From assembly GCA_977030845.1 (NCBI GenBank), contig OZ365112.1:2728001-2792000 (forward strand): 64,000 bases of DNA. Direction: 5' to 3'. Position numbers and translations under genes: made by a program. The notes under the pieces are model-generated. The model was not told the origin of the DNA. It worked only from the letters and a program-made list of their open reading frames with translations, and searched no databases. The stretch's first letter is position 1, and each line of letters begins with the position of its first letter. This document shows positions 51,601-63,229 of the stretch, piece by piece. This DNA is from Fimbriosthenelais zetlandica (Eukaryota).

Positions 51601-53084
51601 AGGGGGGCATTATGGCAGGTATTATCCCTAAAAATCTTAAACAAAATGAAATATTTGTTGGCGATGATATAGTTCGGCTCCAGATCATTAAAATGAGGAG
51701 AGAAGTGTAGCAGGATGTGCGGATCCTACCTCAGCAATATCACATATCCTACTAGTTGATCTATAAGCTAGACGAACTAGTCTAGGGTATAAGTTGATGT
51801 CAACTTGTCCAAAGTACAGCACCTCTCAGTATCTGCTGACATTTCCCCGAGTAACCTAGACCTTTAAATGACTAAAAACTAGCTTCGTGTCAGCCTTTCC
51901 TAGATCTAACCTCTATATGCGCCACGCTGACATTTACTGGGATTCTTTTGTCTAGAAATTACCTCCTTCATAATCTGTCCAGCTTTGGTAAAAAAAAAAC
52001 GCACAAAATGTCAGTTGGGGGAGTGGTGGTAGACTAGAGGTAGAGGGTTCGGCTGGCCTTTAATTAAAACAGTTTAAAAGGGGTGGAGGTTTGGAATAGG
52101 TTACAAATGGGGTGTTGGTACGGTTTCCGAATTATAAATAAAATAAAAGTTTAAATAAAAGTTTAAATAGACTAATAGTGATGACATTTGAATGAGTGAA
52201 TGAAGTTAGGGGAATGCGTTGGGAAATGTTGAGGAATCGTGGCCTACTTGCCTATAACCTCGATAGAACTATTTGGAAATATACTTTAAAGATTAGAAAT
52301 CCAAATAAAATGAGAATGGGAAGTTCTTTGGTTCCGTTTCGTCCAGAGATAGATGAAACATTACTGACTGGGCGTCAAAAAGTTCTTCCATCATCCTATA
52401 GGTAAAATCAACACCTGACGATATTAAGTGTCAGTAGAAGAACACCCAAATGGGTGGGCAATCGGTATGGTGTGAGATGACCTTAAGCCATGTGTCTCAT
52501 CCATATTCAGGAGCTGTGTGTGTTTTTATTTTCTCTCACACTCCGGTTTCGTCAGTCTGTTTTGGGAGGCAGACCTGAGGATGGACCATTATGGTAAAAC
52601 ATGGAGTAATTCTACCAGCAGTCTGGCTAAACCCAGGTCACCTCTCATTCAGTTAGGCTGATTTTGAACATGGCTGAACAAGTAAACTGAGCAATTTTAC
52701 ACAAGTCTTCAGGAATGCACTGTTAAAAGTGATAGTTTCATGTTCTCTGGGAAAGCATTATTCAGTGAAAGCAGCTTTATTATATACATTTCCATGCATG
52801 TTTCTGGTATTGAATTGAAAGATAAAGATTTCATTTTTCTATATTTATAGACTTAATTATTACAACATATATCCATAAAAGTGAATGCTTTTTCGGATTA
52901 AAAGATTGAAAATAATTTGGATACATCCACTGCCTCTTTGTACCACCTTTTCTAAGAGTGTGGTGTATGGTTTAACAGTTAGTTTTTGGAGTGTAAACAA
53001 GACTTGACCTGCCCAGACTGTGGTAATACCACCATGTCTTATTCTGTTATCTCCAATATTCACTTATTCTCTGATTCGATTCTC

Positions 53085-53175
53085 CCATATTTGGTTAGGG
53101 CCATATTTGGTTATGTCCATATTTGGTTATGGCCATATTTGGTTATGGCCATATTTGGTTGTGATCCTATTTGGT
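53085..53175. promoter_or_regulatory. 16-bp-period array of five perfect CArG boxes (CCATATTTGG)
   Basis: CCATATTTGG at 53085, 53101, 53117, 53133 and 53149 fits CC(A/T)6GG. The repeat is certain; regulatory function is an inference. Confidence 0.5.
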
Positions 53176-53729
53176 TATGTAATCTATTGGGTCTCTAGAT
53201 ATACTTACTGTCATTCACAGAGCCTATTATATATGGCATATTGTTGATAATTCATATGCAATGCCAACACCTTCCATTATTTCGCTTTAACTGTTCAGGT
53301 GAAATATCTGTAGAATGCTCTTAACTTCACCAATGCTTTTTTTTGTCAGAATTGATATAAAATTCATATATAATGACAAAGTACACATCCGAAATAACCT
53401 AGCCCATATGTAAGTTCGCCTTAGTTTGCCTTCATTGACACTACAAGGGGTTTCTTATCTGCCAAAGGGTTAATACATTTCCGAGAACCCACTCACAGCC
53501 CACATGGCCCGTTTCATCAAAGTTAACCATTGATGCGTGTCATATCACGCATGTCGGTTATGATGCAGTGAAACAGGCCTGTAGTTTATGATATAGTTGG
53601 TTCTCACACATTCCACTTTGTCACCCATTCACACTGCCTCCATTGATCCAAACATCAACCACCACCTCACAATGGTGCCATATTAGTGACAGCCCAACTC
53701 AATGGTACAGGCAGGTAGTGGTGGAGGTG

Positions 53730-54000
53730 GGGACGACTGGGTGTGGGATGGAGTGAGAGAAGGATGGAGGAGAGAGGGAGGGAGAGAGCGATAGAGAGGA
53801 GAGGGGGAGGGAGAGAGCGATAGAGAGGAGAGAGGGAGGGAGGGAGCGATAGAGAGGAGAGAGGGAGAGAGAGAGAGAGAGAGAGTCAGAGATAGAGAGA
53901 GAGCCAGAGAGAGAGAAAACCAGACAGAGAGAGAGAGAGAGAGAGTGGGAAGAGAGGTCAATCAGAGGAAAGATACATGAGAGACAGATAGAGTGAAAGA
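53730..54000. repeat. (GA)-rich tract
   Basis: Directly visible. Confidence 0.88.
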
Positions 54001-54314
54001 TGCGATAAAGCCGGTAGATAGAAGAGTGAGATGGTGGCAGTGTTTATGAATGACTGGCTCCCTTTACCTTGGAGCACCAAATAACAAAAAAACCTATAAT
54101 CAAATATTGCAATAAACTTAATATCTCCCTTTTGTTTGTCCAAATTAATTTAGCTCAACATTTCATGCTCTCAGTGACATTCAATTCCATTGTTGTGTAA
54201 TCCATAATCCTTTTCATAATGACAGAAGGTATTCTCATAAAATGATTAATATTTGATGTAATTTAAAGTTGTGACTTTTCAAACTACTGCTGAATCATTA
54301 TGTTTCCTCCATTG

Positions 54315-54405
54315 CTTTAATTAATCTTTTGTTTTTCTCTAATTCCAGGTAAGTTGATTTGTTGGCCTTTTCCAGTCGCCTGCACACATATGCATTACTG
54401 TAAGT
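54315..54405 (+). other. Candidate recursive splice site (CAG|GTAAGT at 54348/54349) with a 51-nt RS-exon ending at GTAAGT (54400)
   Basis: TTAATCTTTTGTTTTTCTCTAATTCCAG|GTAAGT followed by a second perfect donor. Confidence 0.58.
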
Positions 54406-54549
54406 ACATGTTTATGAATTATGCATTTTCCATGCATTATCCATATGAAACCGTTTATGGATTGCAACTGAGGGTTTGAGCTTAAAACATTGATTAAATT
54501 ATGTATCTGGGTATCTGTGTCACAGCTATAAATAGCCCAGAACTATATT

Positions 54550-54805
54550 TAGGCGAGTTGATCCGGTTGCGAGGCATCAGCTCATTCAAGACTTTATACC
54601 CAAAGTCTTATTCATGATTGAGGGGTTGGCGGTTCAATCCCCGAGCTGTCCATGCAGGTTTTGTCACTGCATGTCCCCTTCCGCAGGTGTGTGAATATGT
54701 TTGCCTCACATGCATGTAAGAGTAGTCATTGTATGCCGACAGCGTGTTTCTTCTCGTCCTGGGATGGCTGAATAATTGCTGACTGGATGTTAAACAATGC
54801 CTTTT
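54550..54805 (+). mobile_element. tRNA-derived SINE with an S1-type head and a different body and tail
   Basis: CAGCTCATTCA and GATTGAGGGGTTGGCGGTTCAATCCCCGAGCTGTCC match S1; tail GCTGAATAATTGCTGACTGGATGTTAAAC resembles the S2 tail. Confidence 0.7.
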
Positions 54806-55626
54806 CGGTTTCTTAGAGAACATTAGAATTACGGATTAGAATTATTATTAGAATTTTTTTTTTGAAGAAGACGGGTCAGATACGGTCGCATTGAGGTGGG
54901 GACCTCGCTCTCTTTCTATGTTGTTCATAGAATTATTATTAGAATTGTGGATTAGAATTATCTGATACACTTATGAAAAAACGAGAGCGCCCACCTGCTT
55001 AAAATCACACTAAAACTTGACGGATTGTCACTCACCAAAATCATACAAATTCCACTTAAAATATTAATTATTAAGTGGTCTTTATTTGCTCGGAAAGGTC
55101 AATAGAAACCAAAGCATAATCAATAGAAAGCTATTATGAGTATTGACGTGCATATAGGGAGATGTTGGCCTTGGTCAAGGCAGAACTATAAACAGATGTT
55201 TTATAATTAATTACCATTGAGAGTGGCGAGGGACGCCGTGGTTTGTGTGGCCATTAGCTGATGCTCCCTCCCAGACTCGGCCTGTGGCATCAGCATCTTC
55301 TAGAAGGTTCCAGACCAGTAATTGATGGAATTTAATGTCAGAAATATTGTTTTTTGTTCAGTGATTTATGATTGTCAGCCAGGTCATTCCAGGGAGTAAT
55401 TTCTTGATGAACGCCATGGGTCATGTTGATTTAAATGATCAGATTAAAAACATGGTGGTCGGTGCTTGGACATCTTGGTCAGGGAGGGACGGGGCCTGGA
55501 GACCAAGGTTGAGTGCTTTAAACAGAACCTTATTGCCGCTGGACAGATCGACAAAATGCTTGGGGATTTTTGTAAAAAAAAATTGATCATAATTAAATAT
55601 CATGGGAAAATTATTTTGCAATATGC

Positions 55627-55700
55627 AATGGCCAAACTTTTTTCAAAAGGCCAAAAGTTTTCTCAAAAGGCCAAATGTTTTCTCAAATGGCCAAAGTTTC
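55627..55700. repeat. ~21-bp repeat GGCCAAAAGTTTTCTCAAAA, ~3.5 copies
   Basis: Directly visible. Confidence 0.8.
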
Positions 55701-56818
55701 GGCAATTATTTATTTTTTATGTGATAAGTCATATGCAAAATCACCTAGACCAGTTTTCAAAAATCGTATATTAAAATCATGCAAATATATCCTCAATCAT
55801 ATTGAGAAAGTAACAAAATTTCACACTATTCAAAACCAAAACCTATACCTTTAGGTGAGTCACCAAAATCAGCTAAGAGAGCTAATGCAGAGTAAATTCC
55901 CTATAATGAGCCCAAGCTTCCTAGAGCTTATATCTAAATATAATAATTATACCACCTGACTATGGTCGGTTACATCACGGGGATAAGCTGGGGGATGGTG
56001 ATTACTCATTAACTAAAGGTGCTCAATGATGCCATGTCTGTAATCATCATACGATGGTCAACGATGGTCAGCCCCTTTGTTGATGACCATGGCTCATTAG
56101 ACCTTGTCGTCCATTAGGCTTTGACCATTTGGTTATCATGTGGGTCGGTGCTTGTCAGATGGCACAATATTATGGACAGTTGTCCTTATCTTAGTCATAA
56201 TATTTCCCAGCAATTATATGAAGGTCTTTCATATAATTCCTGGGAATTATGAAGATCTTACATATAATTCCTTGGAAATATTAGGTCAAAATATCAAGTG
56301 TATAACCAATTTCTTCTTACAATATGAGTGGCAATTGTACTTATAGGCTTAAAATATACTGAGGTGTTAGAAAATGCGATTGACCATACGGGGTTCTCAT
56401 GAAGGTTCCAGACACTTTTATTTCTACCAGGTTTCTACCATCTTTTCGAGGTTATTTTCAGGGTCGATCGCTATGTTGGTATTGTGTAAGTAGTACACAA
56501 AAACGTTCCATTTTCCCAGGAAAATTCAGTGTAGGAAAGCGTATGGACATAAAAAAACCTGTCCAAGGTCAGAGTTGAACTCCCATGAGCTCTGAATCTG
56601 AGATAATGTATCGGCTGTCATTTTTCAGACATCCTCAGGGATATCTCAAACCATTGATGTGGTGTGGATTCTGCTCATCTCACAAAATACACTACTTCAA
56701 CACCATGGTTATAGCATCTTTAAAATATTTATAATATTAGATAAGATGCCTTTCTATTACCACAATTTACATATAATTCACTGTTTCACAGCACAAGTGG
56801 AACCCTGCCAAGCGGATG

Positions 56819-56953
56819 TTACGTCACCGGAAGTGCTGCGGCACGTGAGAGTTTGCTCAGCCAATCAGAGTGACAAAACAGAATGACGTAATATGGCTTG
56901 CGCTCGGCTTGTCAGTCGGGTGAATGAATGGATTAGGGCAGCTAGGTGTGAGT
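56819..56953. promoter_or_regulatory. CpG-rich promoter-like motif cluster
   Basis: TTACGTCA (56819), CCGGAAGT ETS site (56827), CACGTG (56842), CCAATCAG (56861) and TGACGTAA (56884); possible GTGAGT donor at 56948. Confidence 0.6.
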
Positions 56954-57606
56954 GGTCCATGCAATGGTGGTGGCCGGAATGACACAAGTCATGCAATTAG
57001 GACATAACTTTAATTATCAAATTACTCTAGCCATCCCCAAAATCTAACCTGCTTTGAAATAATGCCTCAGATCTGGGATGAGTCACGCTAGAATCTCTCT
57101 GGATTTCAGTTACATAATGAAATCACCATAAAACGCCCTATATTAAGCATCAGAATTCAACCATCGATGCCTATAGCGTAATGTTCCCAGTTATATTGTG
57201 ATCATATTGCGATAAATCGCCCTGAAAAATTGCTGATGTTTAGCAAATATAAAAACAAAAGATTTAGCGTAAAATCCGATGTGCAGTATTTTCCATGCGA
57301 AACACACTATTCTATTCGAATATAATTCCCCAGACCCTAAAATGTCCATCTTTTTTCACCCATATAATTATAACATTGTGCATAACATTGGACATACTAT
57401 TGGACATAACAATTACGTAATACATTTAACCCTTTAAGCTCTGCCCAGCGTTTGCTAATTGCATTAACCCTTTTCGACTATGGGCCATCCTGTCTGTACC
57501 TGAGCCGCATACCCAGCACTGTTTGTGATTAATTAAGATCACCACTGCTTAGTCTGCTAGAGTCAACAAGTAGACCAAACACTCATTAGTCAGTTAACCA
57601 ACCCAA

Positions 57607-57800
57607 AGCCTGGAACACACTCATCCGATTCTCCAATCCGTCGCCATCCGAACCTCCATTTCTAATGGCATCCAATGATTGAAATTTTGTCAGTAGTTGG
57701 CCTTACATAGGTGTAACGAACTGTTAAAATCACAAGCATTGGGTGTGAACTGAAATATAGTTTCGGACAGCTATCGGATGGAGCCGGATAGAGAATCGGA
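57607..57800. mobile_element. MITE family B, right terminus lost
   Basis: AGCCTGGAACACACTCATCCGATTCTCCAATCCGTCGCC ... CCGGATAGAGAATCGGA. Confidence 0.85.
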
Positions 57801-58771
57801 CATATGGAATTGTTTCCAGAATTGCATGCGGAATTTTCGATGGAAGGCCAGAATGTCAATTGGCTCTTAATAACAAAATATTCTTGGAATACATTATGTA
57901 ATTTAGATTTGGAACTATGATGTTTTTCATCATTTACAACATGTTCAAATCGCTTCTCTTGAGTGATATTTACTGTCAATGGTGGTTCAAATCTTATATT
58001 AATTTCCTTGAATTTTGACTCCATTCAAATGGAAAGATTTCCTTCAAGCGGCTTCGGTTGGAGCGGGTCAGTAATAATTAGCAAAATGATCTGTTTCCCT
58101 TCCTCTGATCCGCATCGCTGCTGAGAGAATCAGTCGGTGTTTGGATTCACTTCCGTCATCTCTATTTCCCCGTCAGCTCGGGTCTTTGTGCATAAAATAA
58201 CAACTAGATCGGTCCGTCTGTAATAGAGATGTTTAACAGATCGATATTAGAAATTACAATGAAAATAAACAAAAACAATTACTCTCTGATCAATCTGAAA
58301 TTTGACGTCTGTAATTTGGTGTCTCCATCTATAATTTATGACGGGAACAAAGGACTTTGATACTAATCTGGTCCTAATCCAAGAAAAAAGATATTTGAAA
58401 TAATCTGGAGCTGTTTCAAGGCATGGGAGAGAATACAGATGGGTTTCGCTTAAGCGCCACCTCACTTAAGAGGCTGTCCCAGAATGTGACCACCAGATAG
58501 TCAGCGACCATCACACTATATGATGAAAACCTACTCCTCTAGAGCAAAATCCAAAAATCCAAATGATCAGAACCAAATGCATGGTTGGAATACACCTTCA
58601 CTGTGGTCGTATTTGGGAAAATCCACTGTAATAGTGTTCATTGCGTCTCCGTGATAGAGCCCCTTTAAATTATTCAGTATCTTCACAAAATGAGTGAATT
58701 TCACGGATATAAATTGGCTAATATTGAGGCAGTCCTGACAATGAGCATTTCAGCCCCTGCAGCAGGCCATA

Positions 58772-58968
58772 AGCCTGTACTCCACTGCTGCGATTTTGCT
58801 TGTGACACTACTGCGACAAAGGTGATGCTTGTGTCACAATGAAATTAATATATTGTGATTCAAGTGTCCAAGGCTTTAAGGCAACCCTCCACTGGTGCGT
58901 TTTTCATTGCGACATCATCTTTGTTGCAGTAGTGTCGCAAGCCAAATCGCAGCAGTGGAGACCAGGCT
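58772..58968. mobile_element. MITE family A, full length
   Basis: AGCCTGTACTCCACTGCTGCGATTTTGCTTGTGACACTACTGCGACAAAG ... GCAGTAGTGTCGCAAGCCAAATCGCAGCAGTGGAGACCAGGCT; flanks ATA/TTA. Confidence 0.9.
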
Positions 58969-59571
58969 TTAGCGTGAACAATGATCAAACGTGTGGTGGT
59001 AGAATTGGCTGATTGAAAACCTGAGAAACACAGTGAAATATTTACATTCTAATGTCAACAATGGTGAGCGCAACCACTCAGCAATCACGCCAATTGATAC
59101 CAGCTCCCTGAATCAATGTCCGACCTCACGCCCGTTTCAAAACAACCATTAGCAGTATTAAGCGAAACACTGCACTGAAACGGGCCCTAGCCTAAAAGTG
59201 TCCAAAACGGCTATCTGCGTTGGATATTTGGGAGGGGCAGTGGGATAGCGAAGACCTGCAAATGACAACTTTTTTTTGTCTTTATCAGTGTATAATAAAC
59301 TGTATAAGTTAATGCATTGCACCTTCCTCAAGTACAAAAACGTGACAATTATCCATTATTTTGCTCAATTTGGTAAATTAAAACGCAACCCCTCGTCCAT
59401 GTAACTCTATGAGACCACGTACCACTGACAACTAACCTCCCTCATTAGCATGTTTATCAATCCTCTGGGTATGATATGTGAAAATTAGACATTTTATCTG
59501 ATTACTTGACGATCCTTGTCCGGTATGGCCCCCGGCTTGCCTTGGTTTATAGTATATTATATTCCACTTAA

Positions 59572-59642
59572 TATGGACCGTGGACAATATCCTCCCATTT
59601 AGATATGGACCGTGGACAATATCCTCCCATTTAGATATGGAC
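59572..59642. repeat. 32-bp direct repeat, ~2.3 copies
   Basis: ATATGGACCGTGGACAATATCCTCCCATTTAG repeated. Confidence 0.9.
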
Positions 59643-60162
59643 CAAGTATCATATCCTCACATTACCTCACTCTCCCAGGCACTTGATGTATTGGCTAAAG
59701 AGTCAGTCATTCAATAACACTTCTAAAGTTTCATCTAAATTCATAATCCACTTAATCACTATTGTATTTCAACTCTAATGCCTTAATGAGCCAAAGCTCT
59801 ATTCTTCCAATTTCAATTCGGAATTCAGTATTTCAACTTCTATCAAATGACTTCGTTCCCAAAGTTTGGTTTCAGAAATCACCTTTTGATGGCAACAAAG
59901 TTTGGCTTCTGATTTAATTTTATCCATCCTATATCTCTCCCACTAATCTAACTCTTATAATAGGCAGATTCTTCCAATTCCTCCTCTCGGTTTCCAGGCA
60001 ATTTTGCCTATTAAAAAACCACATGTCCGACACATTTCCATCAGTTGGTCCATCAGAATGTTGTAGCATACACAACATTGTACAACAATGCTTTGCCTAA
60101 GGTTTGAAAATGACCATGGACCTTTTAAGGCCAAGGAAAGCCTGTATGGGAGTTCCACCTAT

Positions 60163-60260
60163 CCCCCAGTCACATTATACTGACACCGGGTTGACCAGTC
60201 CTCGTACTGTCCTATTGTTGCTGAGTGCCAAGCCTAGTAGGAGCCCAGTAGCAGGGTCAA
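60163..60260 (-). mobile_element. SINE S2 core fragment
   Basis: Reverse complement reads GGCACTCAGCAACAATAGGACAGTACGAGGACTGGTCAACCCGGTGTCAGTATAATGTGACTGGG, matching 18748-18812. Confidence 0.75.
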
Positions 60261-60361
60261 TGATTCATACACCTACTAGCACATATCTGTAACATTCTCT
60301 CAGCTGGTGCACCAGCCCTCCTATCAGCTGATCCTTTATTTACCCGTAAACCTACATATCG

Positions 60362-60703
60362 GTTGCCATAGAAACTGAACCCTAAACACCCACATACCAA
60401 CCCGTCGTTAGCCCATCTGATTTCATAGAGGGCTACCAACCCTGAACCCCCATATACCCATATTGGTTATCATAGCAACCCTTGAACCTAAATCCCCCTG
60501 AACCCACATATTGTCAGGATAACCCCTTGACAACAGTGGGTCATTGGTTGTCAAAATAATCAACTAATAATCTAATAGCTGCTGCTGTAGTTACCCATCC
60601 ATAGCAACCATCCTGTCCATAGAAACCCACCCACCCATAGCAACCCACTAACCCACACAAACACACACACCCCCCCTCAACACGTAGAGGTTGCCATAGT
60701 AAC
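60362..60703. promoter_or_regulatory. Cluster of RFX X-box-like motifs
   Basis: GTTGCCATAGAAAC (60362), GTTATCATAGCAAC (60466) and GTTGCCATAGTAAC (60690), plus CCATAGCAAC half-sites. Confidence 0.5.
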
Positions 60704-60826
60704 TTTAACACCTGTCACTAATAATTGCTCCAAAACAAACACACACACATACATCCTTTCCCCACACCTTTCCCTTTCCCCTCAGGAACGTTCACTTATT
60801 CCCGGGCCTGCCCTAAGGTTACTTAA

Positions 60827-60898
60827 TCACGTGACATGAGTGCCGTGACCTTGACCTTGATGACGTCGATCTCAGAACGAGGCTGCTTTGATCACGTG
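60827..60898. promoter_or_regulatory. E-box / nuclear-receptor repeat / CRE-like cluster
   Basis: TCACGTGA (60827), TGACCTTGACCT (60846), TGACGTCG (60861) and ATCACGTG (60891). Confidence 0.4.
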
Positions 60899-62327
60899 GG
60901 TCAGGACCATCCATTAGCCGCAGGGGGTGGTGGGAAGAGCCGTGGACCTGCTTTGAGGTTTTGCACGAGCCTTTCCCATTATCCTCAACAATCTTTGAAA
61001 AAAAGGAATTTAAATTAAGGTTTATTGAAGCTTTTCATGCTAGTGAAAAAGAGGTGAAGATCATCAGATTTTGTCGCTCCCTGAAAATGTGTGGTTTTCT
61101 GATTTCATTCCCAAATGATGAGCATTTGACCATTTCTTAGATTCTGCTCTTTTTAAATAATATTAAATAGAAATTTTAAACATCTGAATATACCTGCATG
61201 AGCATTTGTTAAAACTTTAAATTGAATTTAACATCTTTTCGGACTTGAATTTTACAATTCTTATAAAATAGGAAAAGGATAAAATACCCTTTGTAACTCT
61301 TAAATGCAGTTAATTGTAAAGAAGGCAATCATACTTTAGTTAAATTCCAACATAATAAATCAGCAATTCCTGAAGGAAATGGGAGCCGGAATATCTCCAG
61401 TGTATAACGAGTATCAAATTGTTGATGTATTCAGCAGACGTCCCGGGGGGATATTAACCCGATATGTACCTATCACATTAACTCAGTGATGTAAATAAAT
61501 TATATCACATTCTTACATAAGATGTGCACTGCCTCGCCACTTAATACCATTAGGCTCAATATGTGACCATAAATATATGATGGTATAATCTTTGGGATCA
61601 CATTATGTGTTAATACCTATACATTTCCCGTGTCAGATGACCCATCCCACTAGGGATGCTGGCTATTGTATGCTAAGTGATATGATCAGTCCACATGTGA
61701 CAGTATTGGTTAAATCTTATGTGGTTTATTAGTTTGGTTATTTTTGTCTCTTTTTACAAATATTTAAATTATTTACAAGTATTTAAATTATTTACGAGTT
61801 TTTAATGAAAATATGACCAAACATTTTCACCAGAATTGAAAGACTATAGGTAGTGTTTTGGGCTGAATGTTTTAGCAGTTTGGCTTTAAAGAAGTGGATT
61901 TTTGAAACAAAATGAATTTCATTATAATCGGACTATAAATTTCTAATCCGGAATTTGAATATCATTTGGTATTATATATGGCTTTACTAATATGTTATGG
62001 CTATTTTACTTGTAAAGACACAAAGAAAATGTTGATTTGGGAAGCTTTTTAATGTCATTTTGAATTGGCAAATCTTGTTTTCCTCTGCTTAAAATGAACT
62101 GGAATAAAACCACGACTGCGTTTAATCCTTTTGCAATTTTCTTCTGAGTCTGGGCACAAAGTCCTCTTGGTGATCTACTGAAGCCCCTTCTGTATCGAAA
62201 CAAATCCATTCAGCCATCATCCCTCGCTAAATATTTTTAACTACAAGTTCTTTGAATGATTAAGAAGACTTTAGATTAAGGCTGGCTGAGCTTGGTCTCT
62301 GTGAGGCAGCTACTGCATGGTCCCTTA

Positions 62328-62519
62328 TGCCAGGCCCCCACAGAGGCGATTCTCCAAGCGACAGCTGCGCAAAACCATATTCTAGTCACACTTCCAATAC
62401 TTGTAATTTTGTCAGTGGTTACCCTTAGCTCAGCGTAAATGGCTGTTAAATTACAATCATTGGGTGTGACTAGAAATATTGTTTCGCGTTTGGAGGATCG
62501 CCTCTGTGGGGGCCCGGCA
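62328..62519. mobile_element. MITE family C, full length
   Basis: TTA-TGCCAGGCCCCCACAGAGGCGAT ... ATCGCCTCTGTGGGGGCCCGGCA-TTA with a perfect target duplication. Confidence 0.92.
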
Positions 62520-63229
62520 TTACAGTGCTGCGGTGAATATTATAGATTTCTTGCGCTTCTCCAGACTAATCAGGTTGCCTTGGCAACAGGCTGTCATTAG
62601 GAAATGCTATCAGGTGGTGATTGAAATGTTTGTTGGTCCGTGAATGACTCCAAATACATGTACCCCCCCCCCCTATCCCGATCTCCACTTGACTCTGAAA
62701 GATCCCGGGTTCAATTCAGTCTCCAAACTGTCCTTTTCCACGCAGTGCTACTAACTGGGATATCAATGGCCAGTCATGTCTCTCATTGTCTTTGCTGAGA
62801 GACATGTGAAAGAACTATTGCTGCCGTTCGAGCCATGTAAAAAGCAATTGCTGTAGAAAAACAATTGCTTCTGTTCGAGAAGAGACATATGGAAGAACCC
62901 TTGCTTCCTTTCGAGAAGTGCAGTCCATTTTGTGCCGACAGCTAGTTTCCTTCTCGATCCCTTCATCCCCACCCCCCGATAATGTATCTCCTCTAGCTCA
63001 GTCATTTTCATTAGCTTCATAGAATTAATTACACCTCAATCAACGCTGCTATTATTTGTTGTCACACTTTTTTTTGATTATTTCATAAACTTATATTTGG
63101 TCACGCTACTGCCCGCCCACGTGAAGTAATTACGATGCTCTACCATCAGCATTTTCTTCTTCCTCCCAAGATAGGTTCTTCATCTTCTGTGATAAAAAAA
63201 CAAAAAGAGTATATTCATTAAGAGACTGA

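Noticed and set aside
45588-51688. Long Pro-, Leu/Ser- or Gly/Glu-rich ORFs (also at 6828-7784, 10664-12233, 15918-16400, 19876-20576)
   Set aside because: They coincide with C-rich, CT or GA low-complexity tracts that lack stop codons by composition.
55853-55860. TAG|GTGAGT (also CAG|GTGAGT at 31904) as further recursive sites
   Set aside because: Weak or absent polypyrimidine tract and no strong downstream donor.
63130-63186. Minus-strand exon after the strong acceptor TTTTTGTTTTTTTATCACAG (KMKNLSWEEEENADGRAS*)
   Set aside because: Only a weak donor; the T-rich tract may be part of the adjacent LINE relic's 3' region. Kept unresolved.
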